Origin: Vicinamibacteraceae bacterium
GTDB lineage: Bacteria > Planctomycetota > Phycisphaerae > Phycisphaerales > UBA5793
DNA: 64,000 bases
Reading direction: 5' to 3'
Assembly (NCBI GenBank): GCA_011525805.1
Contig: WYBR01000013.1
Coordinates: forward strand, 64,768 to 128,767
The notes under the pieces were generated by a model, which saw only the letters and a program-made list of their open reading frames with translations, was not told the DNA's origin and made no database searches. The translations under genes and the position numbers were made by a program. Shown here piece after piece: positions 55,508 to 64,000 of the stretch. Within the stretch, counting starts at the first letter, position 1. The number at the start of each line of letters is the position of its first letter.

Positions 55508-57181
55508 TCACGGAACCTGCACGACATTGCTCAGGTTGCAGGAGCCGCCCTGGATGAGTTGCAGGAACCCTCCGCAGGCGCCGGAAGAGGCCTGGCCGTT
55601 GAAGGAGCCGCTGCCGCTATTGCCGGTGCTGAAGAAGCCGGGCGGATCAACGAGCCTCAACTGGTTGCCGTTGAGTCCGAGGACGGTTCCCTCGCAGGGG
55701 TTGCCGGGCGGGATGACCTGGTTGCCCGTGCCGCGGGCGAAGAGCAGGCCCTGCTGCTGGCGCGGCGGAGCCCCGCTCCACTCGATGGTGACGCGGCCGG
55801 GGCAGACGCCGCTGATGGAGAGCGTGTAGCCGCCGCCGGGGGCGAACTTGTAAACCGCGGCGGGTCCGACGCCGGAAGTTCGCGGATCGCCGCCGCCGAT
55901 GTACAGCCCGCCGTCGCCATCCACCGTGCAGGAACTGATGGACCAGATGGTCGGGAGCATGGTCCCGTTGAGGTCGGTTTCGAGGAGTTTGGTGACCGTG
56001 CTGCCATCGTCGCGCAGGACGATGAGCACGCCGCGCATCGGATTGAGCGAGAGCCCCTGCTTGACGGCGTAGATGTAGGTCTTGTTGTCCGGGGCCCGGA
56101 CGGCGGAGATGCAGGTGTGCTCGTCGGCGAGGTCGCGGTACTCCCAGAGGAGCGTGGCGCTGGAGACGTCGTCGCGGTAGCAGGCGACGACGCCGTTGGC
56201 CCCGCCGCAGTAGATGCGGTTGCCGACGACGGAGGGACGGGCGAAGAAGTTCATCTCGCGGCTGGGGTCTCCGCGGAAGCCTGGGACGCGCCAGAGGATG
56301 GCGCCGGTGTTGACGTCGATGGCCCAGAGGGGGGCGACGTCGCTGTCGTTGAAGGTGGTGACGTAGATGCGCTGGCCGTCGGCGCTGAGGGCGCCGCTGC
56401 CCCACCAGTTGAAACTGTCAGGCCCGCCGACCCACAACTCGGTCGAGGTGTTGTCGCCGTTGTCGCGGATGGCGCTGCCGCCGAAGAAGGGCGCGTTGCC
56501 GAAATGAGCGATGACCTGCCGCCCGTTGCCATCCTCCCACATCGGGCCGACGGCGCCGAGTGGACCAGGCGCCGGCAGACTTCGTGACCACATCAGGTCG
56601 CCCGTGACCGAGTCGACGGCGTGCAGTTGGACCGCGCCGTAGTCGGCGACGTAGAGATTGCGGTGACCCGCGTCATTGAGAGCGGTGCCGAGGAGCGGCG
56701 TGCCGAGCAGACTCTGGAACGCTGGATTCGTAATCGTCGCCATCACTGCGAGAGTGGACTTGTTGAGCACCTTGATGGAGGTGTTGCCGGTGGAAGTAAA
56801 GATGGTCGTGTAAAGTCGGTCGACCCCCACCGCAACGCCGGAGTAACTGCCGTTGACGCCGCCAAGGTTGGCGCTCTGCATGAGGATGCTGCCATCGGCG
56901 GGGTTGAGGCGGTAGACGTAGCAGCCGTCGTCATCCATACTCTTGTAGTAGATGTCGCCGTTGGCGGCGACGGTGAAGCCGCCGGGCGCGGGAATGCCGA
57001 CGTTGGTGATCGTCCAGGCGTGGTTCAGCGCGGGCGCGGCGGCTGCGACGGCGCCGGTCTTCTCGTCGTTGGCACGGAACTGCGGCCAGACGCTGTTGTC
57101 GAGTTGGGCGCGGGCTGGGGCGGCGACGGACATCGCGGCCGCGACGGCGATGAGGGTTTGACACGGTTGCTTGACTTTCAT
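55508..57181 (-). CDS. Secreted PQQ-like / BamB-like beta-propeller repeat protein with a Cys-rich C-terminal domain
   Basis: Track ORF trimmed to the ATG at 57181 ([26 protein letters not shown], signal). [12 protein letters not shown] is the opening typical of PQQ-like repeat proteins. The last ~115 aa form the shared 4-Cys domain. Confidence 0.75.
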   Translation of the reverse strand: MKVKQPCQTLIAVAAAMSVAAPARAQLDNSVWPQFRANDEKTGAVAAAAPALNHAWTITNVGIPAPGGFTVAANGDIYYKSMDDDGCYVYRLNPADGSILMQSANLGGVNGSYSGVAVGVDRLYTTIFTSTGNTSIKVLNKSTLAVMATITNPAFQSLLGTPLLGTALNDAGHRNLYVADYGAVQLHAVDSVTGDLMWSRSLPAPGPLGAVGPMWEDGNGRQVIAHFGNAPFFGGSAIRDNGDNTSTELWVGGPDSFNWWGSGALSADGQRIYVTTFNDSDVAPLWAIDVNTGAILWRVPGFRGDPSREMNFFARPSVVGNRIYCGGANGVVACYRDDVSSATLLWEYRDLADEHTCISAVRAPDNKTYIYAVKQGLSLNPMRGVLIVLRDDGSTVTKLLETDLNGTMLPTIWSISSCTVDGDGGLYIGGGDPRTSGVGPAAVYKFAPGGGYTLSISGVCPGRVTIEWSGAPPRQQQGLLFARGTGNQVIPPGNPCEGTVLGLNGNQLRLVDPPGFFSTGNSGSGSFNGQASSGACGGFLQLIQGGSCNLSNVVQVP

Positions 57182-57573
57182 TTCCTCACTCCTTGCCAGA
57201 AGAGTTGAACAGCGGACCGGACTGGAGAGCAAGGCCGGGTCACGGTCGGCGCGGCGGCGGCGCTTCCTCCCCACGGCCTATTAGACCGGAACGTGGCCGC
57301 GCGTGCAACCCCGAATCGCAGAATCAGGGCATTTTTCGCCGTGCCATGCCCGGCGCCAGAGCGGACTCGGCCGCCATCGAAGAAGATCGCGGCGAGCAAC
57401 CCCTGCCAGAATGCGATCAGACGCCGGGCGGGAGGAAAAATTACCCCGATCCGCGGCGTCGGGCGGTTTGGCGGACCCGGTGGAGGCGAACAAGGGTAAA
57501 ATGCGCTATCGACGTGCATGAGCACCGTTTCGCGGCCGCTGCGTCCCCGCGGCGCGGCCGAAGGAGAACGAGC

Positions 57574-58383
57574 ATGACCGCGCGATTCCCAGACAGGAGG
57601 GCGGGTCGGCCGGGCGCCTCGGGCCGGCCGGCATTCACTCTCATCGAACTGCTGGTGGTGATCTCGATCATCACGCTGCTGATCGCGCTGCTGCTGCCGG
57701 GGCTGGCGCAGGCGCGGGAGGCGTCGAAGAAGACGGCGTGCCTCTCGAACCAGCGGCAACTCGCGCTGGCGTTCACGCTCTACGCGCTCGACTTCGGGCA
57801 GATACCGGGCTGTACGGACCATGGCCCGCGCGACAATCTGGACTGGTCGGGCTACCGGAATCGCCACCCGCTCAACGAAAAGGCGTTTCCGTATGGGCGC
57901 ATCTACCCATACGTCAGCCGTGCTGCGGTCGCGGTCGAGTGCCCGAAGGCCAAGCGGCAGGCGAACAAGGAGTATGACTACACGTTCGTCGCGGGGATGG
58001 CCGGCGCGAGACTGGACATTCCGTGGCGAACGCTCTACCCCGTCGATCCGAGGTCGCCCGGTCGCGACATGGTCGCCTTCCAAGCGATGCCGGTTTTGAT
58101 CGAGGAGGATGAGGTGTGGTACAACTACTCCGTGCCGGATGGGACATGGGCATGGTACGACCAGTTCTCGGATCGCCACGGAGGCACCTGCAACCTGGCC
58201 TACCTCGACGGCTCCGGCGGGTCGTTCGAGAGTCCCAAGGGACCAGATCCCGCCCGCGAGGAGGCGCAGGATCTCAAGGCGATCCACCTGCTTGTGGAAA
58301 CCAATGCCAGGACGCGGGTGACCGGACTTTACAAGTCACTGTTCGACAAGTTCGGCTGGATCAACCGACCGCGGAGTTGGTGA
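57574..58383 (+). CDS. Prepilin-type N-terminal cleavage/methylation domain protein, DUF1559 / H-X9-DG type
   Basis: ATG at 57574 with AAGGAGA 7 nt upstream. [33 protein letters not shown]-terminal [16 protein letters not shown] (H-X9-DG). Confidence 0.85.
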   Translation: MTARFPDRRAGRPGASGRPAFTLIELLVVISIITLLIALLLPGLAQAREASKKTACLSNQRQLALAFTLYALDFGQIPGCTDHGPRDNLDWSGYRNRHPLNEKAFPYGRIYPYVSRAAVAVECPKAKRQANKEYDYTFVAGMAGARLDIPWRTLYPVDPRSPGRDMVAFQAMPVLIEEDEVWYNYSVPDGTWAWYDQFSDRHGGTCNLAYLDGSGGSFESPKGPDPAREEAQDLKAIHLLVETNARTRVTGLYKSLFDKFGWINRPRSW

Positions 58384-58404
58384 GGTGGATCGAGGCGGAA
58401 GATT

Positions 58405-58878
58405 GGGTGTAGTCCAAGTTTGTGGTACTGCGACGTCCAAGGCGGCAGACGAGTTGCAGCCTTCATGCATTCCGCTTCGCGCACGGTTTCGCCCCGGCGG
58501 GGCGCGCGAGTGTAGCCACGGGTGCAGCGAGACAAGGCGCAGCCTGGCGAGCGGAACCCGTGGTCAGCGGGGCGTATGAATTTCACCGCCCCGACGGGGC
58601 GGGCGAGGCGTGCGATGTTCTCCAGCGCACGATCTTCGAGCCAATCGCGCACTTGTTCATCGCACGCCTCCATCGCCCCTCCCGGGGCGAAAGACAGAAT
58701 CGGGGCGCTCTCTGCCACGGGTTCCGCTCGCTGCGCTTCGCTCGACCCGCGGCTACATTCGCTGGCCCCGCTGGGGCCCGAGACGCAACCTGCTGTCGCC
58801 GGCTGCTCGCCGACCATGATCCCGAATGACGCGCCGTCAAACCGTGCATCGCAAGTGCCACAATCTTGGACTACACCC
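58405..58878. repeat. 474-bp non-coding foldback element with 24-bp imperfect terminal inverted repeats (MITE-like)
   Basis: Left end GGGTGTAGTCCAAGTTTGTGGTAC versus the reverse complement of the right end GGGTGTAGTCCAAGATTGTGGCAC (22/24). Inner inverted blocks are 58547-58563 / 58715-58731 (17/17) and GAGGCGTGCGATG (58605-58617) / CATCGCACGCCTC (58658-58670) (13/13). Confidence 0.75.
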
Positions 58879-58978
58879 TCGGCGCGGACGATGCACGCGT
58901 CCGCCCGCCGCGGTTGGGCAACCTATGATGCCGCCCTGTTGACGGTTCGACTCTCCGGCTCAAGGACAGGACGGCGAC

Positions 58979-59479
58979 ATGCAGAGCATTGACTGGGTGG
59001 CGGTTCTCTTTCGCTGGCTGCACATCATTCCCGCGATCGTGCTTCTCGGCGGAACGATCTTCATGCGCTCGGTGGCGCTGCCGGCGATGGCTGGTCAGGG
59101 CCACGCGGCGACGTGGCTCGGGGCGGTCCGTGCCAAGTGGGCGATGATCTCCGGCGTGTGCATCGCGCTGCTGCTTGTCAGCGGCCTGTGGAACTTCTTC
59201 ATGTACCGCATGGAGGAGGTGCGCGACACCGGGCCGCTCTACCATGCGCTCTTCGGCGTCAAGGCCCTGCTCGCGCTGGGCGTGTTTTTCATCGTCTCGG
59301 CGCTGACGGGTCGCAGCGCGATGTTCGAGCCGATGCGCGCCAAGCCGGGGAAGATGCTCTCCCTCGCCGCCGCGATGGGACTGACGATCGTGCTCATCTC
59401 CGGCGTGCTGCGCAAGGTCGAGCGCGCGGCCCCGGCGCCGGCCGACCTGCCGGGCGCGGGCTCGATCGAGCAGCCGTAG
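58979..59479 (+). CDS. Hypothetical four-TM membrane protein
   Basis: 166 aa. WVAVLFRWLHIIPAIVLLGGTIFM plus three further hydrophobic helices. The topology recalls CopD/HemJ-type proteins, but no diagnostic motif was confirmed. Confidence 0.55.
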   Translation: MQSIDWVAVLFRWLHIIPAIVLLGGTIFMRSVALPAMAGQGHAATWLGAVRAKWAMISGVCIALLLVSGLWNFFMYRMEEVRDTGPLYHALFGVKALLALGVFFIVSALTGRSAMFEPMRAKPGKMLSLAAAMGLTIVLISGVLRKVERAAPAPADLPGAGSIEQP

Positions 59480-59527
59480 GAGCGCTGGAGGCGACGGGCT
59501 AGAGTTGTTCCCGCCGGAGTGGTTTCG

Positions 59528-59935
59528 ATGCCGCACGCCGATCCGCCGACATCTTCGCTCATTCTCACGACCTACTGGCCGATCCTGCTGCTCCTTGGGC
59601 TGGCGGCCTCGTTCGCGGTGGTGGTGCTGATCGTGACGCACCTGCTCGGCCCGGCGCGGGCGGGAAGCGTGAAGGGCGGCCCGTATGAGTCGGGGATGAA
59701 TCCGATCAACACGGCGCGCAAGCGATTCAACGTCCGATACTACCTCCTGGCCATGACCTTCCTCGTTTTTGACGTGGAGATCATCTTCCTGTACCCGTGG
59801 GCGACGACGTTCCGGCAGGTCGAGCCGGGCAGCGAGATGAGCGGCCTGTTCCTCGGCCGCATCCTCTTCTTCCTCCTGACGTCGGTGGCGGCGTACGTCT
59901 ACGCGTGGCGCAAGGGCGTTTTCCGCTTTGACTGA
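59528..59935 (+). CDS. nuoA: NADH-quinone oxidoreductase subunit A
   Basis: ATG at 59528 with GGAG 8 nt upstream. GPYESGMNPI...RFNVRYYLLAMTFLVFDVEIIFLYPWA is the NuoA/ND3 signature. Confidence 0.88.
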   Translation: MPHADPPTSSLILTTYWPILLLLGLAASFAVVVLIVTHLLGPARAGSVKGGPYESGMNPINTARKRFNVRYYLLAMTFLVFDVEIIFLYPWATTFRQVEPGSEMSGLFLGRILFFLLTSVAAYVYAWRKGVFRFD

Positions 59936-60092
59936 AACAGCGGCCGCGCGGGTCCGGTGGGGCTTATCAGCGGGCAGTTCGTGCAAACGCGTCCGGGCGC
60001 GGGGCGGAGCGCGAAGTGCTGGCCACTATTGGCCGATACCCCTGAACAAGCGCTCTGAAGCGGGGGTACGGAGCGCCCGTGCGAGGTCTGCC

Positions 60093-61904
60093 ATGACGCG
60101 GGACGCTGAGAGTATCCTCGCGGCTGAGGGGGGCGAGATTCGCCGCGAACTGCGGCGGGTCATCGCCGGCGGTCTGCTCCGGGTCGTCTTCCAACCGATC
60201 ATCGAGTTCCGCACGGGGCGGATCACGGCGCGCGAGGGACTGATCCGTCCGCCGGCGGACAGCCCGTTCCGGCACGCGGGCGAACTCTTCGAGGCGGCGG
60301 AGCGCGTCGAGATGCTCTGGGACTTCGAGCGCGCCTGCCGGGAGGCGACATTCGCCGCGGCCGAGACGCTGCCGCACGGCGAGTTTCTCTTCACGAACGT
60401 GACGCCCGCGGTCTTTTCCGATCCGCGCCTCCTCGACGAACTTCACTCGATGTGCCGCAGCAGCGGGCGATTCGACCCGGCGCACGTGACCGTCGAACTC
60501 ACGGAGCGCAACGAGACGTCGAGCATGGAAGTGCTCGCGGCCCAGGCCGACGCGCTGCGCGAGCGCGGCTTCCAGTTCGCCATCGACGACGTTGGCGCGG
60601 GCACGAGCGGGTTGAATCGCATCATGCGCCTGCGGCCGAACTGGCTCAAACTCGACCGCGAACTGGTCTCGAACCTCCACACCGATCCCTTCCGGCGCAA
60701 CCTGATCCAGTTCTTCGTTCACTTCGCGCGCCTCAGCAGCATGCTTCTCCTGGCCGAAGGCATCGAGCGTGAGGAAGAGTTGCGAACCGCGATCGAACTG
60801 GGCGTGGCGTACGGGCAGGGGTTTCTGATGGCGCGGCCGGCGGGGGTCAAGCAGTCGATCGACCCGCTCTGGTACGAGGTCATCCCCAACATCCGCGATC
60901 GGATGGAGGCTCGGCGCTTCGAGGATCCCCGGCTGGCGCCGATCGGCGAACTCACGCAGCCGCTGATCACCTGCCCCGCCTCGACGACGCTCGCCGAGGC
61001 GATCGCGACCATCGGACAGATGCGCGAGGCGCAGGCGCTGGCGATCGTGGACGGGCCGCGCGTCCTCGGCTGGACGACCGTGAACGCGCTGCGCGAGCGG
61101 GCGCAGACGAAGCCGGAGGACCCGCTGGCGCGGCTGTGCCGGCCGGGAGTCATCGTCGCCCGCCCCGACATGACCGTTTCGGAGACGATCGACTGGGCGG
61201 TGCTGCGCCCCGATCACGAGATCATGGAGCCGATCCTCGTCGCCAGCGAGGACGTCGTCGGCCTGGTATCGATGCGCACGCTGCTCGTGGCGGCGGGGAA
61301 GATGAGGCCGGAAGGCTCGCCGCACACCTCTTCGCTCACGGGCCTGCCCGACCGCGTGCAGATGGACGCGCAGATGGAGCGACGGCTGGGGCGTGGCGAA
61401 GCCTCGGCCGCGGCCATGATCGACCTGCGGGTGTTTCACGCCTACAACCGCGCCTACGGCTTCGAGATGGGTGATGCGATGCTCCGCCAACTCGCCGCGC
61501 TGCTCATGCTCGAGTTCGGCGAGCGCGACTCGGATGAGTTCATCGCCCACCACGCCGACGATCACTTCTTCGTGCTCTCGAACCGGCGCGACCTGAAAGT
61601 GAGACTGAAACTCGTCGCGGCCGAGTTTGACCGGTCGCGCGGCGAGTTCTTCAGCGCCGATGACCTGAAGAAAGGCAGTTTCAGCATCGCGGGAGCGTGC
61701 GACGAGGGAGCCCGGCCGCTGTGCAGCCTGCGCATCTTCATCGTGCCGGAGATCACCGGCGTGGCGCGCTCGACGGGCGATCTGCTCGAACTGGCGCGGC
61801 GGGCGAGGCGGATCGAGAGACGCAGCGACTGCACGGCGACAAGCACGCTGCGCGTCATCCGCCTGCGGAACCGCACCGGGCGGGGCAAGCGCCGCGCGGC
61901 GTGA
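60093..61904 (+). CDS. EAL - CBS pair - degenerate GGDEF signalling protein
   Basis: Track ORF trimmed to the ATG at 60093. EAL domain (FQPIIEF, ELTE, FAIDDVGAGTSGLNRI, LKLDR, AEGIE, QGF). CBS-like middle region. The C-terminal GGDEF fold has HHADDHFFVLS in place of GGDEF. Confidence 0.85.
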   Translation: MTRDAESILAAEGGEIRRELRRVIAGGLLRVVFQPIIEFRTGRITAREGLIRPPADSPFRHAGELFEAAERVEMLWDFERACREATFAAAETLPHGEFLFTNVTPAVFSDPRLLDELHSMCRSSGRFDPAHVTVELTERNETSSMEVLAAQADALRERGFQFAIDDVGAGTSGLNRIMRLRPNWLKLDRELVSNLHTDPFRRNLIQFFVHFARLSSMLLLAEGIEREEELRTAIELGVAYGQGFLMARPAGVKQSIDPLWYEVIPNIRDRMEARRFEDPRLAPIGELTQPLITCPASTTLAEAIATIGQMREAQALAIVDGPRVLGWTTVNALRERAQTKPEDPLARLCRPGVIVARPDMTVSETIDWAVLRPDHEIMEPILVASEDVVGLVSMRTLLVAAGKMRPEGSPHTSSLTGLPDRVQMDAQMERRLGRGEASAAAMIDLRVFHAYNRAYGFEMGDAMLRQLAALLMLEFGERDSDEFIAHHADDHFFVLSNRRDLKVRLKLVAAEFDRSRGEFFSADDLKKGSFSIAGACDEGARPLCSLRIFIVPEITGVARSTGDLLELARRARRIERRSDCTATSTLRVIRLRNRTGRGKRRAA

Positions 61905-62061
61905 AGGGGCGGCGATCCCCGCGAAGCGCCGGGCCGCCCGCGCCGGACCCGATTTCTTCCACATTCCGCGCCGCGAATGCCGATGCGCGGTGGAAAGGCT
62001 TGCGGCAGGTCGCTCGACGCGCCGCGGCGCGATATCCTCTGGAACGCCTCCCGCCCCCCCG

Positions 62062-63621
62062 ATGCCCGACACCGCCGCCATCCCCGCCGCCGCAGCCTCT
62101 TCCACGTCCTCGCGCGACTCGCGCCGCCGCGAACGCCGGAGCCTGGAACTCGGCGCGCTCTTCGACCGCCTGCCGCCGCACTCGCTTGAGACCGAGATGG
62201 CGCTGCTGGGCTCGATGATCCTCGATCCGAAGGTGATCGGGGAGGTGATTCTGCTCGTCAAGTCGGCGGAGTCCTTTTACCGCCCCGCGCACGGGGCGAT
62301 CTTTACGGCCCTGGTCGAGTTGTACGACCGCCATGCCTCCGGCGACATCGCCCTGCTGCACCAGCGCCTCGAGGAAAAGGGGCTGCTGGGAGACATCGGC
62401 GGGGTGGAGTACCTCGTGCAGTTGGCCGAGAGCGTTCCCGCGGCGGTGAACGCCCCCTACTACGCGCGCGTCGTGGCGGAAAAAGCGATGGTGCGGCGGC
62501 TCATCGGGGCTGCGGGCGAGATTCTCCACGCCGCCTACACCGAGGGCGGGGAGGTGCGCGACGTCCTCGACGCCGCCCAGAAGGCCATCTTCGACGTCGT
62601 CCTCCAGTTCGACCACGAGGGCACGCGCTCGCTCAGTTCGCTCCTCGAGGAGACGCTCAAGGCAATCGAGTCGCGCGAGCAGGGGCACATCACGGGCCTG
62701 GCGACGCACTTCCGCGAACTCGACGAGATGACCTCGGGCCTCCAGCCGGGGGAGATGCTCATCGTCGCCGCCCGGCCGTCGATGGGCAAGACGTCGTTCG
62801 CGCTGAACGTGGCCGAGAACGTGGCGCTGATGGGCACGCCGGTGGGCGTGTTCAGCCTGGAAATGGGCAAGCAGCAACTCGCCGAGCGCCTCCTGTGCTC
62901 GCGCAGCGAGGTGGACTCGCACAAGTTGCGGCGGAACATGATCAACAAGCACGACTACCACCGCATCGCCACGGCGGTCGGCCAGTTGAGCGAAGCGCCG
63001 ATCTTCATCGACGACTCGCCAGGACTGAGCGTCCTGGAACTTCGCGCCAAGGCGCGGCGGATGGTGGCGCGGCATGAGGTCAAACTCATCGTCGTGGACT
63101 ACCTGCAACTGATGATGGGCCTGTCGCGCGAGTCGCGCCAGCAGGAGGTGGCGGAGATCAGCCGCGGCGTGAAGTCGCTGGCGCGCGAACTGAACATCCC
63201 CGTCATCTGCCTGAGCCAGTTGAATCGCGCCGCCGAGACGCGCGAAGACCACCGGCCGCGCATGGCCGACCTGCGCGAATCCGGCTCGATCGAACAAGAT
63301 GCGGACGTGGTGATGATGCTCCACCGCGAGGACTACTACAACCAGAACAAGCCCGACTTCGAGCCGACCAACATCGCCGAACTCATCATCGCTAAGCAGC
63401 GCAACGGCCCGACGGGGACGGTGAAACTCACGTGGGTGGGTTCGAGCATGAAGTTCAAGGACTTCACGTCGATGGCGCCGCCGGTCGAGATGGCGCGGCC
63501 GGCCGGCGGCGGGTACGCGGCCCCGCGCTCCGCAACCGCACCTTCGGCGACGGGAAGCGCCGCGTCTTTGACTCCCCGCACGCCCATCCGAAGCGAATTC
63601 GACGATGATATTCCAATCTGA
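62062..63621 (+). CDS. dnaB: Replicative DNA helicase
   Basis: PPHSLETEMALLGSMILDP (DnaB N-domain), ARPSMGKTSFALN (Walker A), IVVDYLQLM, SRGVKSLARELNIPVICLSQLNR and IIAKQRNGPTG. Start at ATG 62062 preferred. Confidence 0.93.
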   Translation: MPDTAAIPAAAASSTSSRDSRRRERRSLELGALFDRLPPHSLETEMALLGSMILDPKVIGEVILLVKSAESFYRPAHGAIFTALVELYDRHASGDIALLHQRLEEKGLLGDIGGVEYLVQLAESVPAAVNAPYYARVVAEKAMVRRLIGAAGEILHAAYTEGGEVRDVLDAAQKAIFDVVLQFDHEGTRSLSSLLEETLKAIESREQGHITGLATHFRELDEMTSGLQPGEMLIVAARPSMGKTSFALNVAENVALMGTPVGVFSLEMGKQQLAERLLCSRSEVDSHKLRRNMINKHDYHRIATAVGQLSEAPIFIDDSPGLSVLELRAKARRMVARHEVKLIVVDYLQLMMGLSRESRQQEVAEISRGVKSLARELNIPVICLSQLNRAAETREDHRPRMADLRESGSIEQDADVVMMLHREDYYNQNKPDFEPTNIAELIIAKQRNGPTGTVKLTWVGSSMKFKDFTSMAPPVEMARPAGGGYAAPRSATAPSATGSAASLTPRTPIRSEFDDDIPI

Positions 63622-63653
63622 TCGGGCTCGTTCATTCCGCCCGGATCGAAAGG

Positions 63654-64000
63654 TCAGATCGGGCCGACGACGATGCTCGTGACACATGGCGAGTCAACGT
63701 AGACAGCCTGAACGGTCTTGCCGCAAACGCCCTCAGAGACCTTTCCTCGAACGGAGCCGGCCCCGTCCCGGGTGTCGATGATCGCGTAGATCGTCGGTGC
63801 TCCTTCGATGTCGAGAGTCGTTCCCGCGCAGGCCCCCACGTCGATGACCGTTCGGCCGATGCGATCGGCAAAGAGAATGGCCTGCCTGCGGCCCGGCGCG
63901 GTGCCGCGCCAGTGAAACTCCATGATCCCCGGGCAGGTCCCGATGACGTCGATCCAGTAGCGCCCGCCGGTGTAAGAGAGTTTGAACGGGTAGTCCCACT
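63654..64000 (-). CDS. Partial CDS (C-terminus only; continues off the right edge) ending in the shared Cys-rich C-terminal domain
   Basis: The frame of track ORF 63654..63923 stays open to position 64000 (WDYPFKLSYTGGRYWIDVIGTCPGIMEFHWRGTAPGRRQAILFAD...). It aligns with the C-termini of the 16788 and 55508 proteins. Confidence 0.6.
   Translation of the reverse strand, partial: WDYPFKLSYTGGRYWIDVIGTCPGIMEFHWRGTAPGRRQAILFADRIGRTVIDVGACAGTTLDIEGAPTIYAIIDTRDGAGSVRGKVSEGVCGKTVQAVYVDSPCVTSIVVGPI

Noticed and set aside
58329-58829. ORFs of 64-162 aa inside the foldback element
   Set aside because: They lie on both strands within palindromic DNA, are Arg/Ala/Gly-rich and have no RBS or motif. They are treated as non-coding.
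59967-62261. 764-aa minus-strand ORF (and 61855..63687, 610 aa)
   Set aside because: Antisense to the EAL-CBS-GGDEF gene and dnaB, both strongly supported. Arg/Ala/Pro-rich artefacts.

Overview
High-GC chromosomal segment (GC judged by eye, not computed). It is most consistent with a Planctomycetota-type genome. Supporting signs are two prepilin-type N-terminal methylation / H-X9-DG (DUF1559-like) proteins, a TIGR02999-like ECF sigma factor, and a membrane protein ending in a CxxCGYDLRG...CPECG zinc ribbon. I call about 57 CDS (2 truncated by the window edges) and one tRNA-Val(CAC). I see no rRNA, CRISPR array, transposase, integrase or recognisable defence system. Many long ORFs in the track are stop-free antisense or alternate-frame artefacts of the GC content, and several track ORFs carry false N-terminal extensions, which I trimmed using motifs, signal peptides and RBS or coupling signals. 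Gene blocks in order: (i) a TPR protein, a 1206-aa Maf/DUF115-like tri-domain protein and neuA-neuB-neuC (nonulosonic/sialic acid pathway). (ii) nuoD-nuoE tightly coupled to two tiny ORFs and lemA. (iii) An acyl-CoA mutase catalytic chain, a VOC protein, a secreted FG-GAP propeller, fpg, nadA, lpxB and smc. (iv) A periplasmic nitrate reductase operon napD-napA-(tandem napB)-napG with no napC or napH, facing a divergent tetraheme cytochrome c / NrfC-like / NrfD-like trio. (v) tRNA-Val, pruA, rfbB/rfbA-like, a multihaem cytochrome, and a TPM-TPM-zinc-ribbon operon. (vi) A dsbD-like gene, an isolated fliM, LPS/O-antigen glycosyltransferases and ligase, a PQQ-like propeller, an isolated nuoA, an EAL-CBS-GGDEF protein and dnaB. 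The most unusual signals are non-coding or architectural. First, a ~720-bp mosaic array of ~12 hairpin modules with conserved flanks and loop but several unrelated self-complementary stems (44357-45076), with one satellite copy at 27887. Second, a 474-bp foldback element with 24-bp terminal inverted repeats (58405-58878). Third, a Cys-rich ~110-aa C-terminal domain shared by three otherwise unrelated secreted proteins. Fourth, the Nap / NrfCD-type arrangement and the Maf fusion protein. All function calls rest on motif recognition by eye; no database search was run.
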